Shown here one piece after another: positions 1 through 13,585 of a stretch of 64,000 nt of DNA. The notes under the pieces are model-generated. The model saw only the letters and a program-made list of their open reading frames with translations. It did not search any database and had not been told where the DNA came from. The position numbers were made by a program, and so were the translations under genes. The stretch lies in NCBI RefSeq assembly GCF_009914755.1, contig NC_060925.1; one strand, 5' to 3'. The first letter of the stretch is position 1; each line of letters begins with the position of its first letter. This DNA is from the human T2T-CHM13v2.0 reference genome, Homo sapiens.

Positions 1-637
1 ATGCTTTTACACTGTTGGTGGGAGTGTAAACTAGTTCAACCATTGTGGAAGACAGTGTGGCGATTCCTCAAGGATCTAGAACTAGAAATACCATTTGACA
101 CAGCGATCTCATTACTGGGTATATACCCAAAGGATTATAAATCATGCTACTCTAAAGACACATGCACACGTATGTTTATTGTGGCAGTATTCACAATAGC
201 AAAAACTTTGGAACCAACCCAAATGTCCATCAATGATGGACTGGGTTAAGAAAATGTGGCATATATACACCATGGAATACTATGCAGCCATAAAAAAGGA
301 TGAGTTCATGTCCTTTGCAGGGACATGGATGAAGGTGGAAACCATCATTCTGAGCAAACTATCACAAGGACAGAAAACCAAACACCGCGTGTTCTCACTC
401 ATAGGTGGGAATTGAACAATGAGAACACTTGGACACAGGGTGGGGAACATCACACACAGGGGCCTGTCATGGGGTGGGGAGTAGGGGGAGGGATAGCATT
501 AGGAGAAATACCTAATGTAAATGACGAGTTAATGGGTGCAGCAAACCAACATGGCACATGTATACCTATGTAACAAGCCTGCGCATTGTGTACATGTACC
601 CTAGAACTTAAAGTATAATTTAAAAAAAGAAAAAAAA
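1..637 (+). mobile_element. LINE-1 (L1PA-type) 3' end: frameshifted ORF2 C-terminus, 3' UTR, poly(A); truncated by the window start
   Basis: ORF2 C-terminal peptides ([24 protein letters not shown]...; MWHIYTMEYYAAIKKDEFMSFAGTWM...SLIGGN*), G-rich 3' UTR, A-tail at ~621-637. Confidence 0.95.
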
Positions 638-639
638 GT

Positions 640-1120
640 AAGTCAGATTACATAACCCTCTAATCAAAAGCTCAACAGCTTCCCATTTCACTATACAATT
701 TGCTCCCATCTCCTAAAACGTCTGTCCTCACTTCCTACTATCCTTCCCCTCACTGACTCCCTTAGGTCCCACTAGAAGTGTTCCTAATACACACTGGGTC
801 TCCTTCAAGTCCTTACTCAAATGTCACCTTGTGCATGAGGACCTCCCTAGTCACACTGTCACCCTTTCCTGCTTTATCTTCCTCCATAGCACTCCTCACC
901 ACTCAACATCATCTTAATTATTTACCTGGTTTATTTCTTGCCACTCCATACCACCACCTCCCTCACACACAGACAGTCCCACAGAACACATAGTCAATTG
1001 TTAGCTACATGAGGACAGGGATCTCTGCCGGTTTTACTCACTGTTGCATTCTTACTGTCTTAAACAGTACCTTGTTGGCACATTGAAGTTCATTTATAAA
1101 CATTTGTTGAATACATGAAT
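640..1120 (+). mobile_element. L2 LINE 3' fragment (degenerate)
   Basis: Typical L2 3' end (...catgaggacaggg...ggcacattgaagttcatttataaacatttgttgaatacatgaatg); boundaries approximate. Confidence 0.6.
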
Positions 1121-1419
1121 GGGAATAAATACTTTAGTTGAAGTAATATCATCTAGGGAGCCATGGGAGAATTTGAATCCAGGTCTTTTGCTCTAGCTTT
1201 TCTACCAAGTAATATCCATTAAAATATTTTCAGCTATAATAATAGAATACCCAAATAAAATAATGAAGATAAAGTACTATCTTACAAAACAAGATATTCT
1301 GAGGTAGGTGTTTTCATGGTTGATTACTTCAGTAGCCCAGTGATGGTATCAAGGCCCTAGGTGGGTTTTTTGTTTTTGTTTTCTTACCTTTTCTCATTGC
1401 CATCCTTACTTATTGTAGC

Positions 1420-1995
1420 ATGTTGTATTTCTCAAAAAATGCCACACCTACATATTTATCTCATCGCACATAATTTTCACACAATGTGACTGGCAACTGA
1501 CACTCCTCCCATTAAGGGAAGGGTCTGTGTTCTCTCTTCTCAAATCTAGGCAGGGGATTGTGACTGTCCCAGTCAATGGAGTGGGGCAGAAGTGATGCTA
1601 TGTGACTCTTGAGGGTAGATCACAGAAAGGATACAGCTTCCACCTGGCTCTCTGTTTTCAGATGCTTGCCTCTGGAACTCAACCACCATGTTGTGAGGAA
1701 ATCCAGGACACATGGAGAAGCCAACATAGAGAAAAGCTAAGGCCTCCCTCCAGCGGGGAGCATCAGCTTGTCTGCCATGGAGTTAGCTATCTTGGAAGTG
1801 AGTCCTTCAGCCCCAGTCAAGCCTTCAGATAGTTACAGCTCCAGCCAACATGTGATTGTAACTTCATGAGAAATCTCCAAGCCAGAACTGCTCTCAAATT
1901 CCTGACTCACAGAAACCATGGGAGATTATTATTATTGTTGTTTTAAGCCACTACATTTTGGAGTAATTTGTCAGAGAGCATTGGATAAATAACAT
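1420..1995 (+). mobile_element. MaLR LTR, MLT1 family
   Basis: MLT1 motifs: ggcagaagtgatgctatgtgact, ccaccatgttgtgagga, aattcctgactcacagaaacc, ttgttttaagccactacattttggagtaatttgt; boundaries approximate. Confidence 0.75.
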
Positions 1996-3579
1996 ACTTT
2001 GCATATTGTCCTTGGGTTTATCCCTTCATAGTTAAAGCATGGCTTCTTTAGCTCCTGATAGCACATCATCTTTTCAGGTAAATACAACAATATTTTGGAT
2101 ACAGAATTCAATTAATCTGCATAGTTGACATCAAGAAACTAGTAACTTCTGAATCCAAATCTTGATCCAGGATTGCATCACTAAGAGCTACAGGACTGGC
2201 TAGATGTTTATACTCTTTTTAATCAAAAGCAGGAAGCTACTCTAAAATACTTGAGACAATTCACTTATCTTTACCACTAGTAAGTTCACGAATGAATTTC
2301 TGTTTGGAGCATCCACTATGCTAAGAAGCCACGGATTTCATCAACGGAAACCTATTTCTAACATTAAGTATGCCAGTTAGCAGAGCCTCTACCATTGATC
2401 ATAGATAAAGGTCATGGGAGCTCTTGTAGTAGCTGCTGCTGGAGTACAGTTTTCCTAATTCGAATGCTGGCTCTCCACCCTAGGGTGCAAATTCCCAATT
2501 TGGGCAAATGACTGTACCTAAGGTATAATGTAACCCATAATACACACATGAGATCATGATGCTTGTGATGAAGTATATTCAGTTACAGACAGTTTTATAC
2601 CCAACCTGGCTTTCTTACATTTAGTTCATTCTCACCTCCCCTTTCAAGCACTCTGTCAATCTCAGTATTAATTTTCTCTCACTTCTGAGGAGTCCCATCC
2701 ACTCAAACACAGGAATGGGTTTCCTTTCTGATATTCCTGCCAGTATACGTTCCAGAGACCTTGTTTTGGCTCCTGTGTCAGCTCAGTGCTTGCCTATTTC
2801 CCAAGGAAGACAGTAATCCTTGTAGACAGTTCAGTTCAATCCTATATTAAAGAAGGTTCAAACCTATATTAAAGAAGGACATATGCTATATTTCTTTAAC
2901 TGCCTCATAATTTGCAATTAGAGTCAGTAACTCTCATAATGGCTGAGGCTGCTTGGAGCCTGCTGGATTAAGACCAGGATCATATTATTTTTTAATGGCT
3001 GCCTTTTGGGTTTTACAAGAAAGACACTGAAAAGATAACGAATACATTACATTCCCATCAAATATCCATGTTCTCCTCAGTCTCCATCTGGGGATAGATA
3101 GGAAATGCCCTATTCTCTCAGTGGCAGACATCAGCCAAGGTTTATCAAGCCATATGGATACATGGGCATTTACTAAGGAAGGTGGAGATGCCAATAAAGC
3201 AGGGGCTATGAAGGTTAACCCCAGGAGAGAGCCTGGATTCCAGGCCACTGCTGCCAACACTGTGATCCTAAACATGCTCCTTAACCTTTCTTGGCCCCTA
3301 CATTTCCTTTTCTATAAAACAAAAGGTCATGAGATCCCTTCTAGCTGGAGAGGCTATTTCTGGCTACCTAGAGTTGTCACTTCTGGGCAAACCTGGTATT
3401 GCTGCCCTCTTTGTTGTTTCCATTTTTTATTTCCCTCCTCGCTCCTTTTTTTCCACAGAGTACCTACTATGATCTCAGAACAGTCCCTGCCCTCAAGCAG
3501 TTCTCCACCTAGTAGAGGACATAGCAATGATAATTATTATAATCATTATTATTTTAATGAGAATAAAAACTAAAATGCT

Positions 3580-3750
3580 AACTGCCAATATTTACTGGGC
3601 TCCCACTATAAGCCAGGTATTATGCTAAGTGCTTTTCATGCAACAGCTCATTTAATTTAATTCTTGCAATACCCCTAAGAGGGATGAACTGTTATTCTAC
3701 CAGTTTGTGTTTCAGGGAAGTCAAGTGATGCACCTCAAAGCCCATAGCTC
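3580..3750 (-). mobile_element. MIR SINE fragment
   Basis: Reverse complement of the MIR core (atttactgggctcccactataagccagg...ctcatttaat). Confidence 0.6.
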
Positions 3751-6700
3751 TTGCCTGATAGAGCCTTTTGAACAAATAAAAAATCACAGTGCCACACGAC
3801 AAGTGCTATCATACTGGCATGCACAAAAAGCAGTGAGCAGCTACCAAGAAGGAGAAAAAAAGATCCCTCCCTACATGAATCTGGAAAGACTCTTTGAAGA
3901 GGTATCATTGAAGAATAAGAGTAACTTTACCTGATGCAGAAGAATCTCATTGCAAGATTAGATTAACCCGTAACTTAGAAAGTGATGAAGAAATAATAAG
4001 TATCACTGTTTTCTAATAATATTACAGTAAAGGAGATGACTTGGGTTTTCATCTGGCTATGTGTTAATGTGGATGATGCACGTTTTTTCACAACATGCAC
4101 GCATACAAAGATACCCACTTCATGGTTTCAATTATTGCTTCATTTCCTCCTTTGTGCTAAGTGATGCTGCCTATTTGTTGAAAGGGTACAAGAGTTCTCT
4201 TGTAGTCTTCTGCCTGCCCTTCCCCAATTTTCCAGTCTATGGGTTTGTTAATCATGTGGTGATTTTCCAGGACAAGAACTTGAAAGTACTCTACTTAAGA
4301 TACGTTATAGAATAGATCAGGGAAAACCCCTTCACTTTCTAGGAACATTAACAGCTGCGTGAAGGCCTCAGAGAACTGTTCCCTCATTTAATTTCTGGCT
4401 TTGACTTATACCTAGCCACATATTTCAGAGTTTAAAAGTGTGGAAATGTGATGTTTTTCTGCTGAATATTCATGTCTTCTTTAGATAATAGGAACTCAGT
4501 TTTTCCTGGGGAACCACTTTTCCCCCAGTCTCAGTCCAAGGGCTTGAGAGTGGTTACCCCCGTCCTAGGCCTGGCCAATCAAGGTAATAGTCATGATCCA
4601 TTCTGGGCTGCAAAGCATCAGCCTTGGAACTTTGCTTGGTCTTCTTTGCAGCAAATCTAGTGAGATATGAGCTTGGTACTACAGGTGCCCATCATTGCCA
4701 CAGTTGAGTAGAGTCTACCGAAAATGAGGCTAACACAAGCAGCCTCCTGTGTGGACAGAGAGAAAGCAATGAAAGGCATTAACAAGCCTGAGCAGAAACA
4801 CACTGTATTAGCCTCGTTCACTGCCAGAGGGGCCCCTGAAGGGGACACAGTGACACAGTATCTACTGATACTGCCCTTATTCAAGAGGTCAGTGCTGTCC
4901 TTCACCCCTACCTCATTCCCTACACCCTGGCTAGAATCTCATAACTCCTCCAACAACTTAAAATCACTCTCTCACCTTTGTGTTAGATTTCTGTTTCCAA
5001 CTCTGCCCCTGTCCCCTGCCAAGACCCACCAGCCTCATGGCAGAGACATCTCTTCATGTCCCAGCAAGTACATCTGTGTGGTCAGTCAGGAACCCTCTCA
5101 GGGCCAGTTGCAGCCCTTCCATCACCAGGTGACCCTATCTTATGACCAGAGAGCCTTAGACTTTCCACCTTCCCTTGAGGCCCCACGGTCTTCATGCCAA
5201 AGAATAAGGTGCCAGGCTTCTCCCTGGACATCCATGGCCTCAATACTAGTGCTGTCTGAGACTACTGGCTCCTCACACCAACCCCCAATCTGCAGAAAAG
5301 CAGGTTGGGATGTCTGAATGAGTCTACATGAAGGATATTCCTTCAAATGTGCATCAGCGTGCATGAGGCTGTTTGTTCTGTAAGATAGCCCAGCCATATC
5401 CCAGAGCTGATTAAACAACAATTATGCCACAAATATTATACCCAACATTATGATCTTCTAGGATAATACCCTGATTGTCTCTGAACCTCACTGAATGTCA
5501 TGGTTGCTGGTGACCCACTGTGATGTTTCTGGGCCACATTCTATGTAGCTAAATTGTTTGGGATATTAACATACCTGGAAGGACCTTTCCCCAGTCCATT
5601 AAAAATCCTCTAGTCTTTTTAGGCCACTTAAGGAAGGGTCATAGCTAGCATGGTATGGTCTACAAACTTCAAGTCTACATTCCTGACATGACACCACCCT
5701 TCCTGGTAGGAACCAGCCACAAGAAGAAAGGCCACTCAGGTTTCCTAGCAATGCCTTATTTTGGACACATTCGAAGACAGCCACAGTCAAACCAAAGTTT
5801 CAGGCAGGTCTCAACTAAGACTGGTTTGTATTTCCAAAGTCACTTATAAGCCAAGTCCTGGGACCCAGAATGTATTTTCCCATGGAAACAGTGACATAGA
5901 CTATAACAAAGTCATCATGCCAAGCCACAAGTGCCTACAGCTATCATGGTGCCAAGAGCACTATTTCAATAACTCCCAATCACTTTATGTAACATTGCTT
6001 CCATAGGAAAGCTCCAATTGAGTTTCAATCTCCAATGCAGGATTCTAGGAACACATTTCCAAGCCCCCACATTCATCTTGGCAGCATGAGAGAATTACCT
6101 CTTTTGATCAAACGTTCATTCATTCCCACAAATACTTATTGAAACTCTATTTTTCATGAGCCACTGCTCTAGGTGCTGGGGCTACAACAGTGAACAAAAG
6201 TCACCCACAAAGTTCTGAAGTGGAAACACAAAGTGATCTGATACCATATTGGCCAGCATAATGAAGGGAGGGTCATCTTACTGTTTCTTCCACAATGGCC
6301 AGTGAGTTCCACAGGTGAATTTCCATTTTCACCCTAGAATACAGAAATGCAGACTCTTGGTTTCCTAGCTTAACAATGATAAATCTAGTCTTCACTTTGC
6401 ATTCTATTTTTCAAATTTAGCTGTTGACACTCAAATTGATTAGAAGAAAATCATCAAGATAAGACACATTCTCTCTTCTTCCATGTGGCAAAAAAGGACC
6501 CTGGGGACACATTGAGTCTTAACTGAGCTTGACAGGCTTCCTTGGAAATTTTGAAGGGTTTGGGGAGAAGGGGAGGAGGGTAATGCCCCCATGCCAATGG
6601 AACCACCAGACCAGTGGATTTCCAGTCAAACCAGATGGCAAGAAAGGAGCTGCATTCTTCTGCTTCCCAGCTGCTCTTGGAGACTCTTCCAGGTAAGTTA

Positions 6701-7949
6701 ATCTGGAATCTGTTTACCTCTCTAACATTTGCTTACTTCCGTAGCGCACTGAGAATTCTGCTGCCAAATTGACTGTAGATTGGAGTTTGCACACTTCACT
6801 CTTTACTACCACTCATGTATTCACCCAGAGCACTTAAAGACTTCCCAAATTTAAAGGGATGTTTTCTAATTTTCAAGTACTTATTGTCCCTTATAAAGTG
6901 ATCTTGTAAGGTTTTTTTCCCCCTTCTTGGTCTATGTTTAATGGTTTTTTGTGATTGAAGCAATGGGGAACAACTCTTCCTTACAGCGAAGAAAACAAAC
7001 TCCAAGAGTAGTAAATCTTCATGAGACTTATTCCTTCTCCTTTTCCTTCTTAATAGGTTTATTTATCTGGATTAAAACTCACATTAAGCTTTTTTTGGAG
7101 GGTATTTGCAAAAGGCCTACACTAATAACAAGTGACTTTCCAATGGCATTATTAGATTATGAGCTTCCTTGGAACAGGGAGTATCTTTAGTTCTGCTGAA
7201 GAGTGCAGGATGAAAGTTAGACAAAAAATAATAATAATAATAACACATTTAACAGTTATGCAGATATTGCTCAAAAACTGGCTTTTACTAGCAGGGTGGC
7301 ACATTTCTCTATTGACCTGATATCAGAAAAAGCAAAGCAGTCTTTTAAAGATTCAGACAAAATGTTTCTGGAATACATCTGTTGAAGAACATGGGAGAGG
7401 ATAATTATATTAGTTGTATTAGGAAATAATAAATTCGACCTGCAAATATATAGAGTATTTAAAAATTCTTTCTTGATAACTTTTATTCCCATGGAGAGTA
7501 ATTTTCCCAAATCCACTGAAATGAGTTCACATAACTCAATGTTTGTAAATAGCATCCCTCTGATCTCCTACAGAGCAAGTGGAACTGTATTCCAACCCCA
7601 GGGCCAGAAACTTGAGACCATGTGCCAGTCCATGGCACCAGAGTCCGGTCTGTCCCCATCTCTATGGCCACTGGTGCAAACATCAAGAGGAGAAGTGGAG
7701 GTGGATGGGCCTCCTCTTCTTTTTTTACCCTCCCATGGGGATGGGATGTAAAAGTGGGACCAGAAGAAGACAGAAATAAACAAGTGTTCTCCTGTTCCCT
7801 TTAGGAGTCTGAACATGGAAAATAGAGGCCCAGAACCTGCCAGAAGACAGCAGTTTCTGGCAGACATCCAGGAAAGCCCTCTTGTTGTGTCTTCAAAGGC
7901 AAAGTGTCACCTTTTCTGGTCTGCAGGGCTTATAGTCAATTTGACTCCA

Positions 7950-8140
7950 TGCTTTGCCACTTTCTAGCTGTGCGACTTTGGAAAAGCAACTGAGCCTCAC
8001 TCTTTTCCTTTATAAAATTCAGAATAATATAAATTTTACCACTTAAGGCCAAGGATTGAATGAATTAACATTTGTACAGCATAATAGAGGCACCATATAT
8101 GTGGCACATAGTAAGCATGTCAGAAAGAGTAACTAGTATT
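7950..8140 (+). mobile_element. MIR SINE
   Basis: gccactttctagctgtgcgactttggaaaag...ggcacatagtaagc MIR core. Confidence 0.7.
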
Positions 8141-8583
8141 GGGTTTTCCTTACATAAAATTACAAAGCCTATACTTTATTCCCCAGGTTGGAGAAGACGC
8201 TTTTCCATTTAAGCCCAAGAGATGCAGAGATTCAGCAGTTTATTGGCAATGTTTTGTACATGGCGTGATGGTCAGTAAGAGAATTCTAGCCTCTATTCAA
8301 AGTGTTAGACTCTGAAAACAAGTTTGGCTAGTTCTTTCTGTTCAAGAATGAATGACATCACTACCTCAGTCCTTGAAAACCAAATGAGAGAGTCATGGAG
8401 GGTGCTTAGCAGAGTTTCCCCACACATTTCTAGAGCATTTCCCGCAAGCTGACATTTCAACCCCAAGCAAATAAAAAGTTAGGCAACACTTTCCTTAAGT
8501 ACCTTCTACAGAAAGAACACTGTGCTCTAGTTACAAAGCCATGAATGGTTGGGGAAACGGATGCAGTAAAGCATCCAAGGCTA

Positions 8584-8900
<317 letters not shown>

Positions 8901-11365
8901 CTAGATGTAAAGATGGAGCCAGTGTGGATTGAGCCCTGAGCTGGGCATCAGAAGAGCCTGGATCCTTGGCTCATCCCCTCCCCTTAATAGCTGCATGATC
9001 TCAAGTATGGCAATCGATGTCCCTAGGCCTGTGTGCTCAAGTGTACAACGCAGGAAGTGAATCTGAAGGTTTTTTCCAATTTGTGGTCTCAGTTAAGAAG
9101 AAAAAAAGGAAACATGAAAATCTGTGAGATAAAATAACAGAGCAATACTCACTGCATCATAAATCCGGAGGTGGCTAGGCTGGACCAAAGGGGACATCAG
9201 GTAGAAAGTTAAAGTGTCTGTTTTTCCCAATTAAGTTTGTTTAAATGATTTAAATCCTTGAACTACACACTTTCCTAAGCTGATAGGAAGGAACTAGTAC
9301 TGAGTACATTCGCTCACTGGGGCATAAATCTGAGCTGCTGGTGAAGGTTGGAAACTCTGGCATGTGAACCTATCAGAAGCCTTCGTAAGGAAATAGCCAC
9401 TGATGAGTTCGTTGTGACAGAGGGCTGCAAAACCCTGAGACAGCCTGAGTTAGGAAAGAGGCTTCACCTCCCAGGAGAAAGCAAAATGATCTCATGGAAA
9501 CCCAGGACTTACTGATAATCACCTGTAAATGAAGCTCTGCCTACGCGTCACTTTGCAAGGAGAATCAATGTCAACATAAGCAGACCCGCCTTGAGGGAAA
9601 ACAAGGCAGGCTGCTGTACTGAGGAACAGGCTGAACTGGGGTGTGCCTCTCCCATGCCTGCTGCCCAGCAGTCCACCCTAAAGATAAACCAGCCCCAACT
9701 GGCTAAGACCTTATTCCTCCACAGCAAATGTGCACCCAACTAAACCTCTATGGTGGTTTCAGACACCAGTATCTGTAGGAGGCCGGCAAGCTGCTCATTT
9801 CAGCCCCTTTCAATTCAAGATTCTGGGTGCCCCCAAAGTTCAGCCTATTTACCTCTCCCAGATCATGGGTACCCACCCCTGTTCCCACCTCTGTTGGCAG
9901 GGCCTCAGCAGGAGGTCTTTCCATTTCCAAAAAATGGAAAGACCCTGAAGTGAATCATAAGTCACAGTGCTCTCTTGGGATCCCTGTTACAGGAAGTAGC
10001 GGGAAACAAGATGCCTTCTCATCCCCATACTGGTGTCAGCTGTCAGGAATGTGGTTTCTCAGAAACATACTGGGTGACAGCCTTTGCAGATACTTTAAGG
10101 TGAGAAAGCTCCCAAAAGGGCAGAGAAAGCCCATTCCCACCTGGAACAGAAGTCACCTAACACTGCTCTGATTAGGAAGAAATAGTAATCATTAAACCAT
10201 ATGCACCGCGAGAAAACATGCAAAGATGGATTCTACACAGGCTGGGAGTTCTCACGCCCTGCAGGCTTTCATCATCCTGACCTTTCCAACTAGAACGTCG
10301 TCTTTTGCTGGCTAATTTGTAACTGCCCTTCAAGATTCACTGGGGATCAGAAGGCTTCTCCCTGAGCACCTGGCCTGCCTCCCATGGCCCATGCACCCCC
10401 TGCCCTTGTTACCGTCATCGGCCAGGGCTTTCCCTCAGAGCAGTGTCTGAGTGGGCCCCAAGTGCCTGATTCAGTGTGTGGCAACAAAAGAGCTCAACAA
10501 AATATTTCAGACAAATCATCAATAATCAAATGAACAATTTTATTGGGTATTGTCCAAAGTAACATCCTGCTTCTAATTCATGGAAAAGAGCACAAATTGG
10601 CCATGGCATGAGAGAGCACCTTGAAGAGTGCTCCCAGTCCACAGCAGTTTGAAGCCTCTACAGGAAGAACAGTATTTTCTGAGCAATGGTGTTTCCCAAC
10701 TTAGAGAGAGAGAACTGGTCCTTGAGAGAGGATAGATTTTTATTCCCATTAGATTCATTAGGCAACTGAGGCAGCAAAGTTTCATGGCCAAGTGTCATGA
10801 TGGTGCAGAATTGCTACGATAGGGTCAGCTTTTCATTCTCCAACCTTGCACTTGTTTGGCAGGTGTCTCCAGTCTGCCAGGCACTTTGCTAGGCACACAG
10901 GTGGTGAACAAGACCGACTCAATCCCTGCTGTCATATAGTGGGTGTGCCAGGGACTGACATTAGATGATTAATAAATATATCATTAGATGTTGTCATTAA
11001 TATTATAAAGTAAAAGTACAGGACACCTATACATGGTTACATGAATGGGAAGGGCCTGGTTGGCTGGCATTTATGAAGAACACACTGTATATCAGGGACT
11101 GTGCTGTGCTCAGACCTGAGGCAGTTTACCACGGCCCTCACACTGAGCTGGAAGCAGAGGATTGAGATGCTCCCATGGGGAGGTCCTATGGCTTTCATGC
11201 AGCCCCTGTCTCCTCCTTGTCAAAAGTGGAGATAACACTTTGCCTACTTGCTGCTAATCTTAATGTGAAGATCAATGATCAAGCACTTTCTCTTTTCAAA
11301 ATACTGGGTAAAATTAACATTGAAAGCTTTTCTTTTCTGTAAAAAGCTTTTACAGAAATGAGCAG

Positions 11366-11799
11366 TGTTAAATTGAATTAAGCTTGGCCTAATGCTGCCT
11401 CCATACATATCTTAAGTTTGGCCTAAAGGTTTCTCTGTACATAGTGAGCTGTAACCTAACTTGATGTGTAATCAGACTGTAACTTACTCTTGTAACAAGC
11501 GGCCCGATGTCAGCCAATCACAGCAGCTGAACCCAGGTCAACCACAGACAACCCACGTTCAAACCAGGTTCAAATAAGCCAAACTCCAGCTTTAACCATA
11601 GGGCTAGTGCTGTACCTCACTTTCCCCTTCTTCCACTTTCTGTATTTGACTTCCCTTTTTCTGTCTGTAAATGTCCAGCTGTGTGGCAGCCCCTGGAGTC
11701 TCACTATATCTGTCCTGATTCTAGGGATGCCCAATTCATGAATTGTTCTTTGCTCAATTAAACCCTACTAAATTTTATTTGTTTAAAGTTCTTTTAATA
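11366..11799 (+). mobile_element. Solo ERV1 LTR, MER57-like
   Basis: Starts TGTTAAATT..., has ggcctaaaggtttctctgtacatagtgagctgtaacctaac, a CCAAT box and an attaaa poly(A)-like signal; ends ...ttttaata. Confidence 0.75.
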
Positions 11800-11876
11800 G
11801 TGGTTATTTCCTTGAGTTCAGATTTATATTCAACAATCAGAACTCATTTCTCAACAATCCCAACTCTCATTTGTCA

Positions 11877-12022
11877 TTATATATATATACACACACACAC
11901 GCACATATATATACACACACATACATATATACATATATATGACTATATATATACACACACGCACATATATATACACACACATACATATGCACACACACAC
12001 ACACATATATATATATATGTAC
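11877..12022. repeat. Compound (TA)n/(CA)n microsatellite with a higher-order ~60-bp duplication
   Basis: The block tatatatatacacacac..gcacatatatatacacacacatacatat occurs twice. Confidence 0.9.
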
Positions 12023-13397
12023 ATGCCATTTTTTCAAAGACAGTAGCGCTGCTAAAGGGTAAAACTAATGGACTGAGATGCATGCTTTCCTTGGGAACAC
12101 AGCATAGGAAGGTCACCGCTCCTTTCTCCCTCCCGCTTCCCTGAGGTAAGAGAGTTTCCTTCTCAGAGACCCGAGAGGAGATAGACATTTTGCTTTATGT
12201 TTCTCTTTCACACCAGTCTACCTCACCATGAGGTGCTGTGAGAATTACAAAGAGAATGTGATTGACATTGGGGATGCCCCAAATGTAGCCCTGGTTTTGA
12301 TGCACTCACCTCCAGGTCAGGGAAAGAGTTTCCTTGTCCTCAAGCTCACGTGACAAAGATGTGCCTGGAAGAAGGCCCTGCTGGATAGGACAGAAGCTGG
12401 CAGTCCTCTGAGGGCCCTTCCCAGGAGGTTTGTGCTCCCGAGGGCCAGGACAAGCTGGCATTGGGGTGCAGCTCCGTGATGCACCCTGGAGCTGTGGAGC
12501 CCCAGGAGGGCTGGCCTAGGGGAGCTTGTGCCAATAAAGGAGAGTTTGGTTCATGCCCTGACTCTTTCCCCAGGTCTGGCTTCTCTCCTGCACAGCCTCC
12601 CTCCTACCTGGAAATGCTGGGGACTCAGCACCAGGTTCTGCCTTCACAGGAGAGGACAATGAAGATGCAACTAATGTCTGTGTGGCACCTGATACAAGAA
12701 GCTTGAAGGGCTTCCTCTAAAAAGAAAGCAGCACAGAAGAGGCCATCTGCAGAGCAGCAGGTGTGTGCATGGCTGTCAGGTCTGAAAAACTCACCCCTTC
12801 CTTGGCAAGGGGAAGAGCATGTAGTCATGTGATTCACAGGACCCTTTCATGACTACAGCAGCATTTGTTCTGCATCACCTTCCAGGCAGGTAAGGAGCCT
12901 GAGGCTCAGAGTTGGCCAAGCTGCCTGTCATGGCACAGCTAGGTGGTGACAGACTCAAGCCAATTGGGCATGTTTCTGCTACATTGCTGCCTTCCCATGA
13001 CCCAGGGCCTCCTACTATAGAGAAGGGAGAAACCAATTACTTGAGAGTGTCCTTTCCATAACCATATGGCCTGCTTTCTCTCCCTCCCCTCCTAAACCTG
13101 AGAAACTAGCTCACTCTAAGTTGTTAATGACTGAAAAGCACACCCTGCAGCATATTTGTGATTTACAAAAACAATGCCCTAATAAAAGGACCAGTTTTTA
13201 CAGTTCTAGGACTGTAAATGCCAGGCAAGAGATCTGCAGAAGAGGTATTTGAAGACCTCAATGGAGGGTCTGACTCTTTCCCCACCCAGAGAGTGAGCTT
13301 TTCCATCCAGAGCAGTGCCATCACTGCTTTACTCTGTGCCTTTGGTGCAAGGCACAGTGCTTACCACATGGCAAATATTCCCTAAGATATCTGGTGA

Positions 13398-13585
13398 TAG
13401 ATGAATGAAGAAGTGGATGGATGGATGGATAGATGGATGGATGGATGGATGGATGGATGGATGGATGGATGGATGGATGGTTGGGTAGGTGGGTAAGTGG
13501 GTGGGTGTGTGGATGGATGGGTGGATGGATGGATGGATGGATGGATGGATGGATGGATGGATGGATAGATGGATTGATTGATGAA
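13398..13585. repeat. (GGAT)n tetranucleotide microsatellite with GGGT interruptions
   Basis: Directly visible. Confidence 0.95.

Noticed and set aside
3121-5317. 150-aa and 197-aa ORFs
   Set aside because: No recognisable domain or exon structure; partly overlap MIR and old LTR-like remnants
13398-13585. Regular repeats as a possible CRISPR-like or coding array
   Set aside because: Simple (GGAT)n microsatellite with no unique spacers, in a eukaryotic context
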